Origin: Robiginitalea aestuariiviva
GTDB taxonomy: Bacteria; Bacteroidota; Bacteroidia; Flavobacteriales; Flavobacteriaceae
NCBI RefSeq assembly: GCF_029537735.1
Contig: NZ_JARPUQ010000001.1
Span: 776,696 to 840,695 of the forward strand
DNA: 64,000 nt
Direction of reading: 5' to 3'
Position 1 is the stretch's first letter. The number at the start of each line of letters is the position of its first letter. Below, one piece after another: positions 9,999 through 20,307 of the stretch. The notes beneath the pieces were generated by a model. The model was not told the DNA's origin and ran no database searches. It saw nothing but the letters and a program-made list of their open reading frames with translations. A program made the position numbers and the translations under genes.

Positions 9999-10949
9999 AT
10001 GGCCAGACATTCGCAGTGCATTGTGGGGTTCTACAACCTGGAAAACCTGTTCGACACCCGGGACCAACCGGGGGTGCTGGACGACGACTTTACGCCCGGG
10101 GGCTTTAAGCGATGGACCCCGGAGCGGTATGAAAACAAACTCCATAAACTGGGGCGCACCATTGCCAACCTGGGGCAGGTAGGCCCCCTGGAAGCCCCGG
10201 CCATCCTGGGGGTGGCCGAGCTGGAAAACCATACCGTGCTGGACGACCTGTTGCAAACCGATGCCCTGGAGGGCAGTGGCCTGGAATATATCCATTACGA
10301 TTCCCCGGACGAACGCGGCATTGATACGGCCCTGTGCTACCACCGGGAGTTGTTTGAGCCGGATGCCCAACAGACCATCCCCCTGATGCTGTATGAAACG
10401 GATGGCCGCCGGGATTATACCCGCGACATCCTGCACGTGAGCGGGAAACTGAACGGGGAACCGGTTCATATCTTTGTAAACCACTGGCCCTCCCGCCGGG
10501 ACGGAGATGCAGAAACCGCACACAAGCGGATGACCGCCGCCCAAACCCTGCGGGAAACCATTGAACCCCTGCAGGCCGAAAACCCGGAAACCAATTGTAT
10601 TGTGATGGGCGACTTTAACGACGACCCGCATTCGGAATCCCTGCGTTTTTTGGAAGAAGCCTCGGGGCTGCACAACCCCATGCGCACCCTCTTCCATCCG
10701 GAGCGGGGTTCTGCCAAATACAAAGACCAGTGGATGCTTTTTGACCAGATCCTGCTCTCCCACTCCTATTTAAATTACCAACCCGGCACCCACCGCCTGG
10801 GCCGGGCCGATATTTTTAACCCCGAATTCCTGCAGGAATGGAACGAGCCATTCAAGGGCAAGCCCTTCCGCACCTATGCCGGGCGCAAGTACCTGGGCGG
10901 GTATTCGGACCATTTTCCGGTGTATGTGCAGCTTACCCTGGAACCCTAA
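9999..10949 (+). CDS. Endonuclease/exonuclease/phosphatase (EEP) family protein
   Basis: 316 aa; GFYNLENLFD N-terminal motif, NHWPSRRDGD, MGDFND catalytic motifs. Confidence 0.8.
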   Translation: MARHSQCIVGFYNLENLFDTRDQPGVLDDDFTPGGFKRWTPERYENKLHKLGRTIANLGQVGPLEAPAILGVAELENHTVLDDLLQTDALEGSGLEYIHYDSPDERGIDTALCYHRELFEPDAQQTIPLMLYETDGRRDYTRDILHVSGKLNGEPVHIFVNHWPSRRDGDAETAHKRMTAAQTLRETIEPLQAENPETNCIVMGDFNDDPHSESLRFLEEASGLHNPMRTLFHPERGSAKYKDQWMLFDQILLSHSYLNYQPGTHRLGRADIFNPEFLQEWNEPFKGKPFRTYAGRKYLGGYSDHFPVYVQLTLEP

Positions 10950-10952
10950 CTC

Positions 10953-11672
10953 TTAATCATCTATACGAGTAATATTCCCTTCGGGCAAAAGATCTTCTCC
11001 ACGCAGCCTGAGGAAAACCTGCGCTGTGGTGATCACATCCAATTCGCAGTATTTCCGGATGCGTTCCACATCCTGCTCTTCATAATATACCGATCGTATT
11101 TGACTGCCGTCCAGGTCTTGCTTGGGCGAGGGGATGCCCAGGATATGGGCCAGTAACCGAAGGGAGGTATAGTGTTTGAAATCGCCGAATTTCCAGAGCT
11201 CCATGGTATCCAGGTGGGGCACTTCCCAGGGCTTTTTGCCAAAGAGGTTCAGTTTGGCCGGCAGGGGCAGGCCGTGGATGATCATGCGCCGGGCCAGGTA
11301 GGGAAAATCGAATTCCTTCCCATTATGGGCGCAAAGCAATTTGCGCGGCCCCCGGAAATACCCCTCCAGCAGGGAGGAAAATTCCCGGAGCAACTCCGGC
11401 TCCGAACCCGTAAAACTCTTCACCCGAAAGGTGCGTGGGCCCCCGGACTCCTGAAAGAAACCCGCAGAGATGCATACCACCTTCCCGAACTCGGCCCAGA
11501 TGCCCGCGCGCTCATAGAATTCGGCCGGGGTAAATTCCTCCTTGCGCTGGTAACGCGTTTTATGTTCCCACAGCTCCCGGGCCTCCTGTGTCAGGTCTTC
11601 ATAATCGGCCTGCTCAGGTACGGTTTCAATATCCAGGAAGAGGATGTTTTCCAGAGGGATTTTTTGCAGCAT
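10953..11672 (-). CDS. RNase-H-fold 3'-5' exonuclease (PolB exonuclease-domain-like)
   Basis: FLDIETVP motif at N-terminus (DEDD-type), 239 aa. Confidence 0.7.
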   Translation of the reverse strand: MLQKIPLENILFLDIETVPEQADYEDLTQEARELWEHKTRYQRKEEFTPAEFYERAGIWAEFGKVVCISAGFFQESGGPRTFRVKSFTGSEPELLREFSSLLEGYFRGPRKLLCAHNGKEFDFPYLARRMIIHGLPLPAKLNLFGKKPWEVPHLDTMELWKFGDFKHYTSLRLLAHILGIPSPKQDLDGSQIRSVYYEEQDVERIRKYCELDVITTAQVFLRLRGEDLLPEGNITRIDD

Positions 11673-11923
11673 GGAACTGTTTTCGGACTAAAAAAATACA
11701 AAGAAAGTGCACTTTCCCATCAGGGCCTGCGCGGGAAATATCCCCAATCTGGCCAAATCCCGCCCAAATACCGTTTTCCGACTGCCGGGTCGGTTTGGCG
11801 GTGGCTTCTCCAAGAGGGTTTCTGGATTAACGCCGGACAGGCCGCAGAAATCCCCTGTAAAATGCAGGAATCCGGGCCATTGAGCCGATAAAAAGTCAGT
11901 TATCCGACCAGTGGGTCGGTTTT

Positions 11924-12397
11924 CTAACCGAATAACGAGTGTTGGGGCGTTGGGCTCTCGTGGTTTAAAAGCCATTTCTTCCGGTGAATGCCCCCGGCGT
12001 ATCCCGTCATAGAGCCGTCGGAACCGATCACGCGGTGGCAGGGCACCACAATCCAAAGGGGATTCTTGCCATTGGCGGCCGCCACGGCGCGGATGGCCTT
12101 GGGATCGCCCAGGCGCAGGGTGAGTTCCTGATAGGAAACCGTTTGTCCGTAGGGTATGGCCTCCAGGGCCTGCCAGACCCTTTTCTGGAAGGGCGTGCCT
12201 TCGGGTTGCATGGGGAAATCAAACTGGGTAAGCTCCCCTTCAAAATAGGCCTTCAATTGGGCGCAGGGTACTTGAAGGGTTTCAGGGATGCGCTCCTGCT
12301 TTAGGGTGCCGTCTTCCACCGAAATAGCGCTAACCCCGTCCTGGTTCCCACGGATCACCGCAATCCCCAGGGGGGTCTGTATCCGTGCCTCTTCCAT
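11924..12397 (-). CDS. ogt: Methylated-DNA--protein-cysteine methyltransferase
   Basis: Active-site PCHRVIGSDGSMTGY; 157 aa. Confidence 0.85.
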   Translation of the reverse strand: MEEARIQTPLGIAVIRGNQDGVSAISVEDGTLKQERIPETLQVPCAQLKAYFEGELTQFDFPMQPEGTPFQKRVWQALEAIPYGQTVSYQELTLRLGDPKAIRAVAAANGKNPLWIVVPCHRVIGSDGSMTGYAGGIHRKKWLLNHESPTPQHSLFG

Positions 12398-12398
12398 A

Positions 12399-13499
12399 CT
12401 ATTCGATTATCCCGCTGCGTTTGGCCCGGTCTTCCCAGCGTTTGCGGGCCAGGGCCTGCAGGTCTTCCACGTTGTCACTTTCGTCCATGATTTCCATGCC
12501 CAAAAGGGTTTCGATCACGTCCTCCATGGTCACCAGGCCGCTCACCGAACCGTATTCGTCCACTACCAGGGCAATGTGCTCCCGCTTGCGGATCAGGGTG
12601 TCGAAAAGTTGCGGGATGGGGGTATTGCGGCGGGTTACCTGCAGGTCCCTCCGGATTTCCGAAAGGGGCTGGTCTCCGTTTTCGTTGATCATTTCCTCCA
12701 GTACATTGTCTTTGAGGACAAAGCCGGTAATCATGTCTTCCTGCTCCTGATACACGGGGATACGGGAGAAACGCAGGCGGGGATTCTCCCGGAAAAAGTC
12801 GGCTATGGTCTGGTTTTCCGGGGCAATTTTCATGACCGCTCGTGGCGTCATGATATCCTTCACCTGGATCTCGTCAAATTTCAGGAGGTTCTTAATCACC
12901 TTGCTTTCGGACTCCTCAAAAACCCCTTCCTCGTGGGCCACATCGGCCATGGCCGTAAAGTCCTCCCGGCTGAGCACGCTGTGGGCGTGTCCTTTTCCGA
13001 TAAGTCGGGTAAACAACTGCAGCAGCCACAACAGGCCGGTAACCCGCAGGAACCAGACCATACCGTTCAGCAGGCGGGCCGAAATGGGCGCCAGCTTGCG
13101 CCAGTAGGTGGCCCCCAGGGTTTTGGGGATGATTTCCGAGGCCACCAGGATCAGGATGGTCATCAGGGCGGATACCACCCCAACCATCAGGTCTTCGGTA
13201 AAAGTGACGCCGAGTACCTGGTGTACCTCATCCCCGAACCGCTCCGCATAGGCCACCTTGGCCTGTACCCCCACCAGGATGGCCCCTACGGTGTGGGCAA
13301 TGGTGTTCAGGGTCAGGATGGCGATCAGGGGTTTGTCCACATCCTTTTTCAATTGCTCCAGGGAAGCGGCGTAGTGCCGGCCTTCTTTTTTGCGGATGTT
13401 GATAAAAGTCGGGGTCACGGATAGCAATACCGCCTCCAGGATTGAACAGAGAAAGGAAAAGAAAATCGAAATAAAGGCGTAAAAAAGCAATAAGCCCAT
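12399..13499 (-). CDS. CNNM/HlyC/CorC-family transporter (DUF21-CBS pair-CorC_HlyC)
   Basis: N-terminal TM helices, CBS-like middle region, C-terminal transporter-associated domain; 366 aa. Confidence 0.8.
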   Translation of the reverse strand: MGLLLFYAFISIFFSFLCSILEAVLLSVTPTFINIRKKEGRHYAASLEQLKKDVDKPLIAILTLNTIAHTVGAILVGVQAKVAYAERFGDEVHQVLGVTFTEDLMVGVVSALMTILILVASEIIPKTLGATYWRKLAPISARLLNGMVWFLRVTGLLWLLQLFTRLIGKGHAHSVLSREDFTAMADVAHEEGVFEESESKVIKNLLKFDEIQVKDIMTPRAVMKIAPENQTIADFFRENPRLRFSRIPVYQEQEDMITGFVLKDNVLEEMINENGDQPLSEIRRDLQVTRRNTPIPQLFDTLIRKREHIALVVDEYGSVSGLVTMEDVIETLLGMEIMDESDNVEDLQALARKRWEDRAKRSGIIE

Positions 13500-13536
13500 A
13501 TATAGCGAATGTGAAGTCTAAGTTACAATAATTTCC

Positions 13537-14919
13537 CTATGGCCACCCGGCCTGGCGGAGGGCTTCATAAAAAACCTGCTGCACCCGGGTGCGCAGGTTC
13601 ATTTCGTAGAGCTGCCGGTGTTCCCGGCTGGGGTAAACCCGGTTGGACAGAAATATATATACCAATTGGTACTTTGGGTCCACCCACACGAAAGTGCCCG
13701 TAAAACCACTATGTCCGAAGCTTTCGGGGCTGGCCAGGGGGGCTGGGTAGGCCGCATCCAGGCCCAGGGTGTCATTGCCGAAGAGCGGCTTGTCAAAACC
13801 CAGGCCGCGGCGGTTCTCGTTTTCCGGGAATTGCACCCGGATGCTTTCGCGGACCACGGCAGAATCCAGCACCTGCCGCCCCCCAAAATTCCCATATTGG
13901 GCATAACACTGCAGCAGCACCGCCAGGTCCCTGGCAGAGCCGAACAGGCCTGCATTTCCGGAAATCCCTCCCCTAAGGGATGCATTCTCATCGTGCACCC
14001 ACCCGCGGGTCAGGGTATGCCGATAGAGGGTATCTACCTCCGTGGGCACGGTGCGCGCACCGGGGCGGTTCAGGGCCGGGAGAAAGACCAGGTCCTGCAA
14101 CCCCAAAGGCCCATACACCTCCTGGCGGAGGTACTGGTCAAAAGGCATCCCGCTCAGGTCTTCCACCACCTGGGGAAAAACGAGAAAGGCCAGGCCGGAA
14201 TAGCGATAGGTCTTATCCGCAGAAACCCGGGATCGGTTTACCTGCCGGTACATTTTTCGTATAAAGCGATTACGTACATACAACCCCTCATAGGCCTGCA
14301 AGCGGAACCGGCGGGAAGGTGTATCCCGCACAAACCGGTTTTTAAGGCCCTGGGCTGTGCGCACTTCACTGAGGAAAACGATATAGGGCACCAGGCCTGC
14401 CTGATGTGCCAGGATTTCCCGCAGGGTCAGATCCCTTTTATCCCGGTGCCACTTCCAGGGGGTCCAGTACTGGCTGAAAGGGGCATCCAGGTCTAATTTA
14501 CCTTCACCCACCAGCTTTAACAGGGCCGGAAGGGCCGCCGTGATTTTGGTAACCGATGCCAGGTCGTACAAGTCGGTTGGGGCCACCGGAACCAGGCTAT
14601 CGTAGGTATGGAAGCCATAGGCCTGGTGAAAAAGGACCTGCCCCTGATATGCCACCAGTACCTGCCCGCCCGGAAAGGCCTCCTCCCCAATCCCGGCAGC
14701 CATCAGAGAATCAACCTTTCGGTATAATTCAAGAGAATCCACCCCCAGTGCATCCAGGCTGACCGAGGGCATCTCCAAACCAGTATCAGCCAGCGGTATT
14801 TGAGGCGCCTCGGCCTGTGACCAAGCCTTATTAATACTGAATAGTATGCTTAAAGCAAAATATACAGCTAATCCCTGTAAGGCATTTAAAACAAAAATAT
14901 TAGAACGAATATCTTTCAT
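13537..14919 (-). CDS. Beta-lactamase-family serine hydrolase (class C-like)
   Basis: Signal peptide; SxxK motif LASVTKI; 460 aa. Confidence 0.8.
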   Translation of the reverse strand: MKDIRSNIFVLNALQGLAVYFALSILFSINKAWSQAEAPQIPLADTGLEMPSVSLDALGVDSLELYRKVDSLMAAGIGEEAFPGGQVLVAYQGQVLFHQAYGFHTYDSLVPVAPTDLYDLASVTKITAALPALLKLVGEGKLDLDAPFSQYWTPWKWHRDKRDLTLREILAHQAGLVPYIVFLSEVRTAQGLKNRFVRDTPSRRFRLQAYEGLYVRNRFIRKMYRQVNRSRVSADKTYRYSGLAFLVFPQVVEDLSGMPFDQYLRQEVYGPLGLQDLVFLPALNRPGARTVPTEVDTLYRHTLTRGWVHDENASLRGGISGNAGLFGSARDLAVLLQCYAQYGNFGGRQVLDSAVVRESIRVQFPENENRRGLGFDKPLFGNDTLGLDAAYPAPLASPESFGHSGFTGTFVWVDPKYQLVYIFLSNRVYPSREHRQLYEMNLRTRVQQVFYEALRQAGWP

Positions 14920-14931
14920 AGCCCTCAGGCG

Positions 14932-15921
14932 TTATCCCAGCAGGCGAACGGCATCCTTCGCAAAATAACTGGCCATGAGGTCTGCCCCTGCCCGTTTAAT
15001 GGCGGTTAGCTGTTCCAGCATCACCGCATCGTGGTCCAGCCATCCTTTTTCGGCAGCCGCCTTTAGCATCGCATACTCCCCGGAAACCTGATATACGGCC
15101 ACCGGTACATCTACCGCATTGCGCACTTCCCGTACAATGTCCAAATAGCACAACCCGGGTTTTACCATCACGATGTCTGCACCTTCCGCTACATCCATCC
15201 GGGTTTCCCGAAGGGCTTCGGTGCGGTTGGCCGGATCCATCTGGTAGGTCTTTTTGTCCCGGGGGGCTTCAACGCCTTTCACGGGGGCGGAATCCAGGGC
15301 ATCGCGAAAGGGGCCATAAAAGGCACTCGCATATTTGGCGCTGTAGCTCATGATCCCGGTATCCTGAAAGCCTTCGGCATCCAGATGCCGGCGGATGGCG
15401 CCAATACGGCCATCCATCATGTCGCTGGGGGCCACCATATCGGCTCCTGCCTCGGCGTGGGAGGCCGACATTCGGGCCAGGACCTCCACCGTGGGATCAT
15501 TGGCAATCCTGCCTTCGGATACAATCCCATCATGGCCAAAAGAGGAATAGGGGTCAAGGGCCACGTCCGTCATCACCCATAGGTCCGGGCAGGCATCCTT
15601 TACCGTTTTGACAGCCCGCTGCATCAAACCTTCCGGATTCAGGGCTTCGGTTCCGGCATTGTCCTTCAGGGTATCCGGTACTTTTACAAACAGGAGGACG
15701 GATTTCAGGCCCATGGCCCAGAGTTCCCGGGCTTCCTGAGCCAGGGTGTCCAGGCTCAGGCGGTAATACCCGGGCATGGAAGGGATCTCCTCCCGCAGGC
15801 CGCGGCCTTCCGCTACAAAGAGGGGAACGATAAAATCCCCGGGGTGCAGGTGGGTTTCGCGCACCATGGCACGGATGGCCGGGGTGGTTCGCAAGCGTCG
15901 GTTTCTTCGCATCAAGTCCAT
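14932..15921 (-). CDS. hemB: Porphobilinogen synthase (delta-aminolevulinate dehydratase)
   Basis: 329 aa, conserved HemB sequence with active-site Lys regions; heme operon context. Confidence 0.95.
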   Translation of the reverse strand: MDLMRRNRRLRTTPAIRAMVRETHLHPGDFIVPLFVAEGRGLREEIPSMPGYYRLSLDTLAQEARELWAMGLKSVLLFVKVPDTLKDNAGTEALNPEGLMQRAVKTVKDACPDLWVMTDVALDPYSSFGHDGIVSEGRIANDPTVEVLARMSASHAEAGADMVAPSDMMDGRIGAIRRHLDAEGFQDTGIMSYSAKYASAFYGPFRDALDSAPVKGVEAPRDKKTYQMDPANRTEALRETRMDVAEGADIVMVKPGLCYLDIVREVRNAVDVPVAVYQVSGEYAMLKAAAEKGWLDHDAVMLEQLTAIKRAGADLMASYFAKDAVRLLG

Positions 15922-15925
15922 AGGT

Positions 15926-16723
15926 TTATAGGTTGGGCAGGTAGATTTCTCCTTTCAAATAAGTGATGGCCTGCCCGCCAATGTGTACGCGGGGGCTGTT
16001 ATAGGCATACCGCAACATGCCACCGCGGGGGGAGCGCTGCTGGGCGGACAGGGTGGTCTTGCCCAGGCGGTCTGCCCAGTAGGGAATCAGCATGGTGTGT
16101 GCCGATCCGGTTACGGGGTCCTCGTCTATCCCTGCGGCGGGGGCAAAAAAGCGGGACACAAAATCCACCGCTTCCCCGGGGGCAGTGGCGATAATCCCGC
16201 GCACCTGAAAAGATTTCAGGGCAAAAAAGTTCGGGTCAAGGGCATCGATGGCGGCCTGGTTGTGATACACCAGCATATAATCTGTGAGTCCCTTAAGGCA
16301 GGCTTGGGGTTCGGCCCCCATGGCCGCGGCCAGGCCTTCCGGCAGGGCAGCTTCTGCCGGTACGTCCGCAGGAAAATCCAGCACCAGCCACTCTGCATCC
16401 CGGGATACGGTCAAAGGTCCGCGTTCCCGGCTGTGAAAGGTTATTTCGCTGGTTGCGGTTTCACGGGTCTGAAACAAAACATGGGCAGTGGCTAAAGTAG
16501 CATGTCCACAAAGGGCCACTTCCACGGCTGGGGTAAACCAGCGTATGGCGTATCCATCCGCTTGTGGCACCGCAAAGGCCGTTTCCGCGAGGTTGTTTTC
16601 GGCGGCAATGGCCTGCATCAGGCTATCCGGTAGCCAGGTATCCAAAATGCACACCGCGGCCGGGTTGCCGGTAAAAGGTTCCGGGGCAAAAGCGTCTACC
16701 TGGTACAACTCCAAGGTTTTCAT
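15926..16723 (-). CDS. PhzF-family isomerase
   Basis: MKTLELYQVDAFAPEPFTGNPAAVCIL... typical PhzF/DAP-epimerase-fold N-terminus. ORF extends to 16765 but the conserved start is at 16723. Confidence 0.8.
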   Translation of the reverse strand: MKTLELYQVDAFAPEPFTGNPAAVCILDTWLPDSLMQAIAAENNLAETAFAVPQADGYAIRWFTPAVEVALCGHATLATAHVLFQTRETATSEITFHSRERGPLTVSRDAEWLVLDFPADVPAEAALPEGLAAAMGAEPQACLKGLTDYMLVYHNQAAIDALDPNFFALKSFQVRGIIATAPGEAVDFVSRFFAPAAGIDEDPVTGSAHTMLIPYWADRLGKTTLSAQQRSPRGGMLRYAYNSPRVHIGGQAITYLKGEIYLPNL

Positions 16724-16810
16724 CCGGTGAGGTTTAGGTTTAAAGGTACAATTTATTCCTGCCATCCGTTGGGCGGAAACATTCCATATACCTATTGGTT
16801 TATCTGTGAG

Positions 16811-17722
16811 TTAACCCTCTGATATCCAGTCCCTGGGATGCATCAATACTTCCACAAGGGCAGCCTCCCGCGTGCCTTCCGCAGGGTGGTGGTCGTATTG
16901 CCAGCGCACCACGGGCGGCAGACTCATCAGGATGCTTTCAATGCGGCCGTTGGTGCGTAACCCAAATAAGGTACCCTTGTCGTGCACCAGGTTGAATTCC
17001 ACATACCGGCCCCGGCGTACCTCCTGCCATTCCCGTTCGGCAGGGCCATAAGGCAGGTCCTTGCGCCGTGCCGCAATGGGCAGATAGGCATCCAGGAAGG
17101 AATCCCCCACCCCGGTTACAAAGGCGTACCAGGCTTCGGCATCCCTGCCAGGCTCCGGGCGCAGGTAATCAAAAAACAACCCGCCCACCCCGCGGGCCTC
17201 ACCCCGGTGGTGGTTCCAGAAGTACTGGTCGCATTTCTGCTTGTAGCGGGGGTAGAATTCAGGGTCGTGGGCATCGCAGGCCCCCTTGCACACCTGGTGG
17301 AAATGCCGGGCGTCTTCTTCGAACAGGTAATAGGGGGTCAGGTCCTGCCCCCCGCCAAACCACTGGTCCGCCACCTGCCCATCCGGGCCGTACAATTCAA
17401 AATACCGCCAGTTGGCGTGTACGGTAGGAACCATCGGGTTCTTCGGGTGCAGCACTAGGCTTAACCCACAAGCGTAAAATTCCGAAGGGCCCACCTTAAA
17501 ATAGGCCTGCATGCTTTCCGGCAGGGTACCGTGTACAGCCGAAATGTTGACACCCCCTTTTTCAAATACGGCCCCTTCCTCGATCACACGGGTGCGCCCC
17601 CCGCCGCCCCCGGGGCGTTCCCAGAGGTCTTCCCGGAACCGGGCCTGCCCGTCCAGGGTTTCCAGGGCGCCGGTAATCCGGTCCTGCAAATCGCAGATAT
17701 AGGCGTAGAACTTATCCTTCAT
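16811..17722 (-). CDS. hemF: Oxygen-dependent coproporphyrinogen III oxidase
   Basis: [21 protein letters not shown]... HemF family. Start ATG overlaps the hemE stop by 11 nt (ATGAAGGATAA). Confidence 0.9.
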   Translation of the reverse strand: MKDKFYAYICDLQDRITGALETLDGQARFREDLWERPGGGGGRTRVIEEGAVFEKGGVNISAVHGTLPESMQAYFKVGPSEFYACGLSLVLHPKNPMVPTVHANWRYFELYGPDGQVADQWFGGGQDLTPYYLFEEDARHFHQVCKGACDAHDPEFYPRYKQKCDQYFWNHHRGEARGVGGLFFDYLRPEPGRDAEAWYAFVTGVGDSFLDAYLPIAARRKDLPYGPAEREWQEVRRGRYVEFNLVHDKGTLFGLRTNGRIESILMSLPPVVRWQYDHHPAEGTREAALVEVLMHPRDWISEG

Positions 17723-18743
17723 ATTCCTGTACGGCTTTAATAAAGGCCCCAGCGTGCTCCAATGGGATATTGGGCAGGATACCATGGCCCAGGTTGGCAA
17801 TATAGCGGTCCTTGCCAAAGCCGCGGATCATCTCGTGCACCATGGCGCGGATGGTTTGGGGGGGAGACAGCAAACGGGACGGGTCAAAGTTCCCCTGCAG
17901 GGTGATCTTGCCCCCGCTTAGCCTGCGGGCTTCCTGGGGGGAAACGGTCCAATCCACGCCCAGGGCAGCTGCCCCGCTTCCGGCCATTTCCTCCAGGGCA
18001 AACCAGCACCCCTTGGCAAAGGCAATTACAGGCGCCAGATCCTTCAGGGCATCCACAATCTGCTGGAGGTACTGCCAGGAGAATTCCCGGTAATCTCCGG
18101 GGGAGAGCATCCCACCCCAGGAATCGAAGAGTTGTACGGCGTGTACCCCGGCTGCCACTTTGGCTTTCAGGTAGGCAATGGTGGTGTCCGTGATCTTTTG
18201 CAGCAACGCATGGGCCGCTTCCGGGTCTGTAAAGCACAAGGCCTTGGCCTGGTCAAAATTCTTACTCCCCTGCCCCTGCACGGTATAACAGAAAATGGTC
18301 CAGGGAGCGCCCGCAAACCCGATCAGGGGTACGGCCCCGTCCAGCTTGTCCAGGGTCATGCGGATGGCCTCCATCACATACCCCAGGCGGTCCTCCACAT
18401 CCGGAACGCCCACCCGGGCCACATCGGCCGCCGTGCGTACCGGGTTGGGGAGCCAGGGGCCCACCCCCGGCTTCATTTCCACCTCAATATCCATGGCCTG
18501 GGGCACCACCAAAATGTCGCTGAACAAAATGGCAGCGTCCATCCCATACCGACGGATGGGTTGCACCGTAATCTCGGACGCCAGTTCGGGGGTCTGGCAG
18601 CGGGTAAAGAAATCGTATTGCTCGCGCAGGGCGATAAACTCGGGCAGGTAGCGCCCCGCCTGCCGCATCATCCAGACCGGCGGCCTGGAAACGGTTTCGC
18701 CCCTCAGGGCCCGAAGGAATAAATCGTTCTTGGGTGTATTCAT
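17712..18743 (-). CDS. hemE: Uroporphyrinogen decarboxylase
   Basis: 343 aa; [16 protein letters not shown] signature. Confidence 0.95.
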   Translation of the reverse strand: MNTPKNDLFLRALRGETVSRPPVWMMRQAGRYLPEFIALREQYDFFTRCQTPELASEITVQPIRRYGMDAAILFSDILVVPQAMDIEVEMKPGVGPWLPNPVRTAADVARVGVPDVEDRLGYVMEAIRMTLDKLDGAVPLIGFAGAPWTIFCYTVQGQGSKNFDQAKALCFTDPEAAHALLQKITDTTIAYLKAKVAAGVHAVQLFDSWGGMLSPGDYREFSWQYLQQIVDALKDLAPVIAFAKGCWFALEEMAGSGAAALGVDWTVSPQEARRLSGGKITLQGNFDPSRLLSPPQTIRAMVHEMIRGFGKDRYIANLGHGILPNIPLEHAGAFIKAVQEYEG

Positions 18744-19396
18744 GGCTGAAGTTCCATTTCAGAAATCAAGGTTTGCAGCACAGCCTCCACACTGGGGTGA
18801 AGCGCATTGCAATACCGGTTAGTATATTTTTTTGCCGCTGCAGCGGTAGTGGGCCCGATACAAACGGCCAAAGCCTTGCCAATAGGGTTCGCGGAGGTAA
18901 ACGCGGCTATCCCGCTGGGACTGAAAAACAGGAGGGCGTCGAAATTCTGCCCGAATTTCTTCTGGACCAGGGTGGTGGCATACACCTCCCGGGCTTCCAT
19001 CGGGATACCGGCCTGGGCCAGGGCCTCCGGCAAGGTATCCAGGCGGCGGTTGCCGCAGAAAAAGATAATATTCTGTTTGGTATTTTCTTGAATTAAAGCC
19101 TGGGCCAGGGCCCCGGCATTCTCATATACCCCCAACACCTCCTGCCCGGCTTCGCGAAGGGCTTCCGCTGTTTTGGAACCCACGCAATAACAAGAATTAA
19201 CCTGGGTGGCCTTTTGGGCAAAACAGGCACGAACTGCATTGCGGCTGGTGAAGACCAGTAGGTCTTCCGCGGACCAATCCTGTGCTACGGGGAAGCAAGT
19301 GACCTCCAGGGCATCGTATGCCACTAATTCAACGGAATCCGGCAAAAGCAGCCGTTGTTCCGGGGTCAGTATGCGCGTGGAGAGCACCCGAACCAT
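18740..19396 (-). CDS. hemD: Uroporphyrinogen-III synthase
   Basis: HemD-like 218 aa starting [10 protein letters not shown]. The upstream extension of the six-frame ORF is Pro/Arg/Gly-rich read-through. Start shares 1 nt with the hemC stop (TGATG). Confidence 0.8.
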   Translation of the reverse strand: MVRVLSTRILTPEQRLLLPDSVELVAYDALEVTCFPVAQDWSAEDLLVFTSRNAVRACFAQKATQVNSCYCVGSKTAEALREAGQEVLGVYENAGALAQALIQENTKQNIIFFCGNRRLDTLPEALAQAGIPMEAREVYATTLVQKKFGQNFDALLFFSPSGIAAFTSANPIGKALAVCIGPTTAAAAKKYTNRYCNALHPSVEAVLQTLISEMELQP

Positions 19397-20307
19397 CAGG
19401 AAAGGGTTTTTCGGATTTCCTGCATCAGTTCGGCCCCGCCATTTTCCAGGATTTCCCGGGCGCAGGCTATCCCGAAAGTTTCGGGATCTCCGGCAGGGCC
19501 ACTCTGGGCTACCCGCACTTCCCGGGTGCCATCCAGGGAAAACAGGGCCCCTGTAAAATCCAGTTGCCTGGCTTTTAGCTGGGCCAAAGCCCCAATAGGC
19601 GCGGTACAACCGCCCTCCAGTTCCCGCAGGAAAGCCCGTTCCGCTCGTACGCAGGCGTCCGTTGGGGCATGGTGAAGGGATTGGGCGGCAGCGGCGGCTT
19701 CGGCATCGTCTGCCCGGGCCACCACCAGCATGGCCCCCTGGGCCGGGGCCGGCACCATCCATTCCAGGGTGGTGTAGGTCTGCGGCAACAGGCCAATACG
19801 CTCCAGGCCGGCGGCGGCAAACACGGCGCCGTCCCAGCGGTTGTCTTCCAATTTCTGTAATCGGGTATTTACATTCCCCCTCAGGTCTACCACCTCGTGC
19901 AAGGGGTAACGCCGGAGCCACTGGGCTTTGCGACGCAGGCTCCCGGTGGCCACAATCCCTTCGGCATTCAGGAAATCCAGCCCCTTATGGACCAGGATGT
20001 CCATGGGGTTGGCCCGCTCCAACACGGCCACCGGCACAATGCCTTCGGGCAGGGCGGTAGGCACATCTTTCATGGAATGGACGGCCAGGTCAATGCTGCC
20101 GTTTAACAGGGCAATGTCCAGGGTTTTGGTGAAGATCCCGGTTACGCCCAATTCATAGAGGGGCTTATCCAAGATCAGGTCTCCCGTAGATTTTACCGGG
20201 ACCAGGGTAGCTTCCACCCCATGGGCGGCCATGGCCTCCTGTACGGTGCGGGCCTGCCACAGGGCCAGTTCGCTGTCGCGCGTCCCAATGCGCAGGGAAC
20301 GATTCAT
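19396..20307 (-). CDS. hemC: Hydroxymethylbilane synthase (porphobilinogen deaminase)
   Basis: 303 aa; LRIGTRDSELALWQA N-terminus. Confidence 0.9.
   Translation of the reverse strand: MNRSLRIGTRDSELALWQARTVQEAMAAHGVEATLVPVKSTGDLILDKPLYELGVTGIFTKTLDIALLNGSIDLAVHSMKDVPTALPEGIVPVAVLERANPMDILVHKGLDFLNAEGIVATGSLRRKAQWLRRYPLHEVVDLRGNVNTRLQKLEDNRWDGAVFAAAGLERIGLLPQTYTTLEWMVPAPAQGAMLVVARADDAEAAAAAQSLHHAPTDACVRAERAFLRELEGGCTAPIGALAQLKARQLDFTGALFSLDGTREVRVAQSGPAGDPETFGIACAREILENGGAELMQEIRKTLS

Noticed and set aside
12288-13424. 378-aa plus-strand ORF opposite the CNNM/CorC transporter
   Set aside because: No TM or CBS features; the minus-strand product has DUF21 TM helices, CBS pair and CorC_HlyC. 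Artefact.
18740-19921. 393-aa ORF apparently extending hemD upstream across hemC
   Set aside because: N-terminal 175 residues are Pro/Arg/Gly-rich and overlap the hemC coding frame. HemD-like sequence begins at the internal Met ([10 protein letters not shown]), 1 nt-overlapped with the hemC stop.
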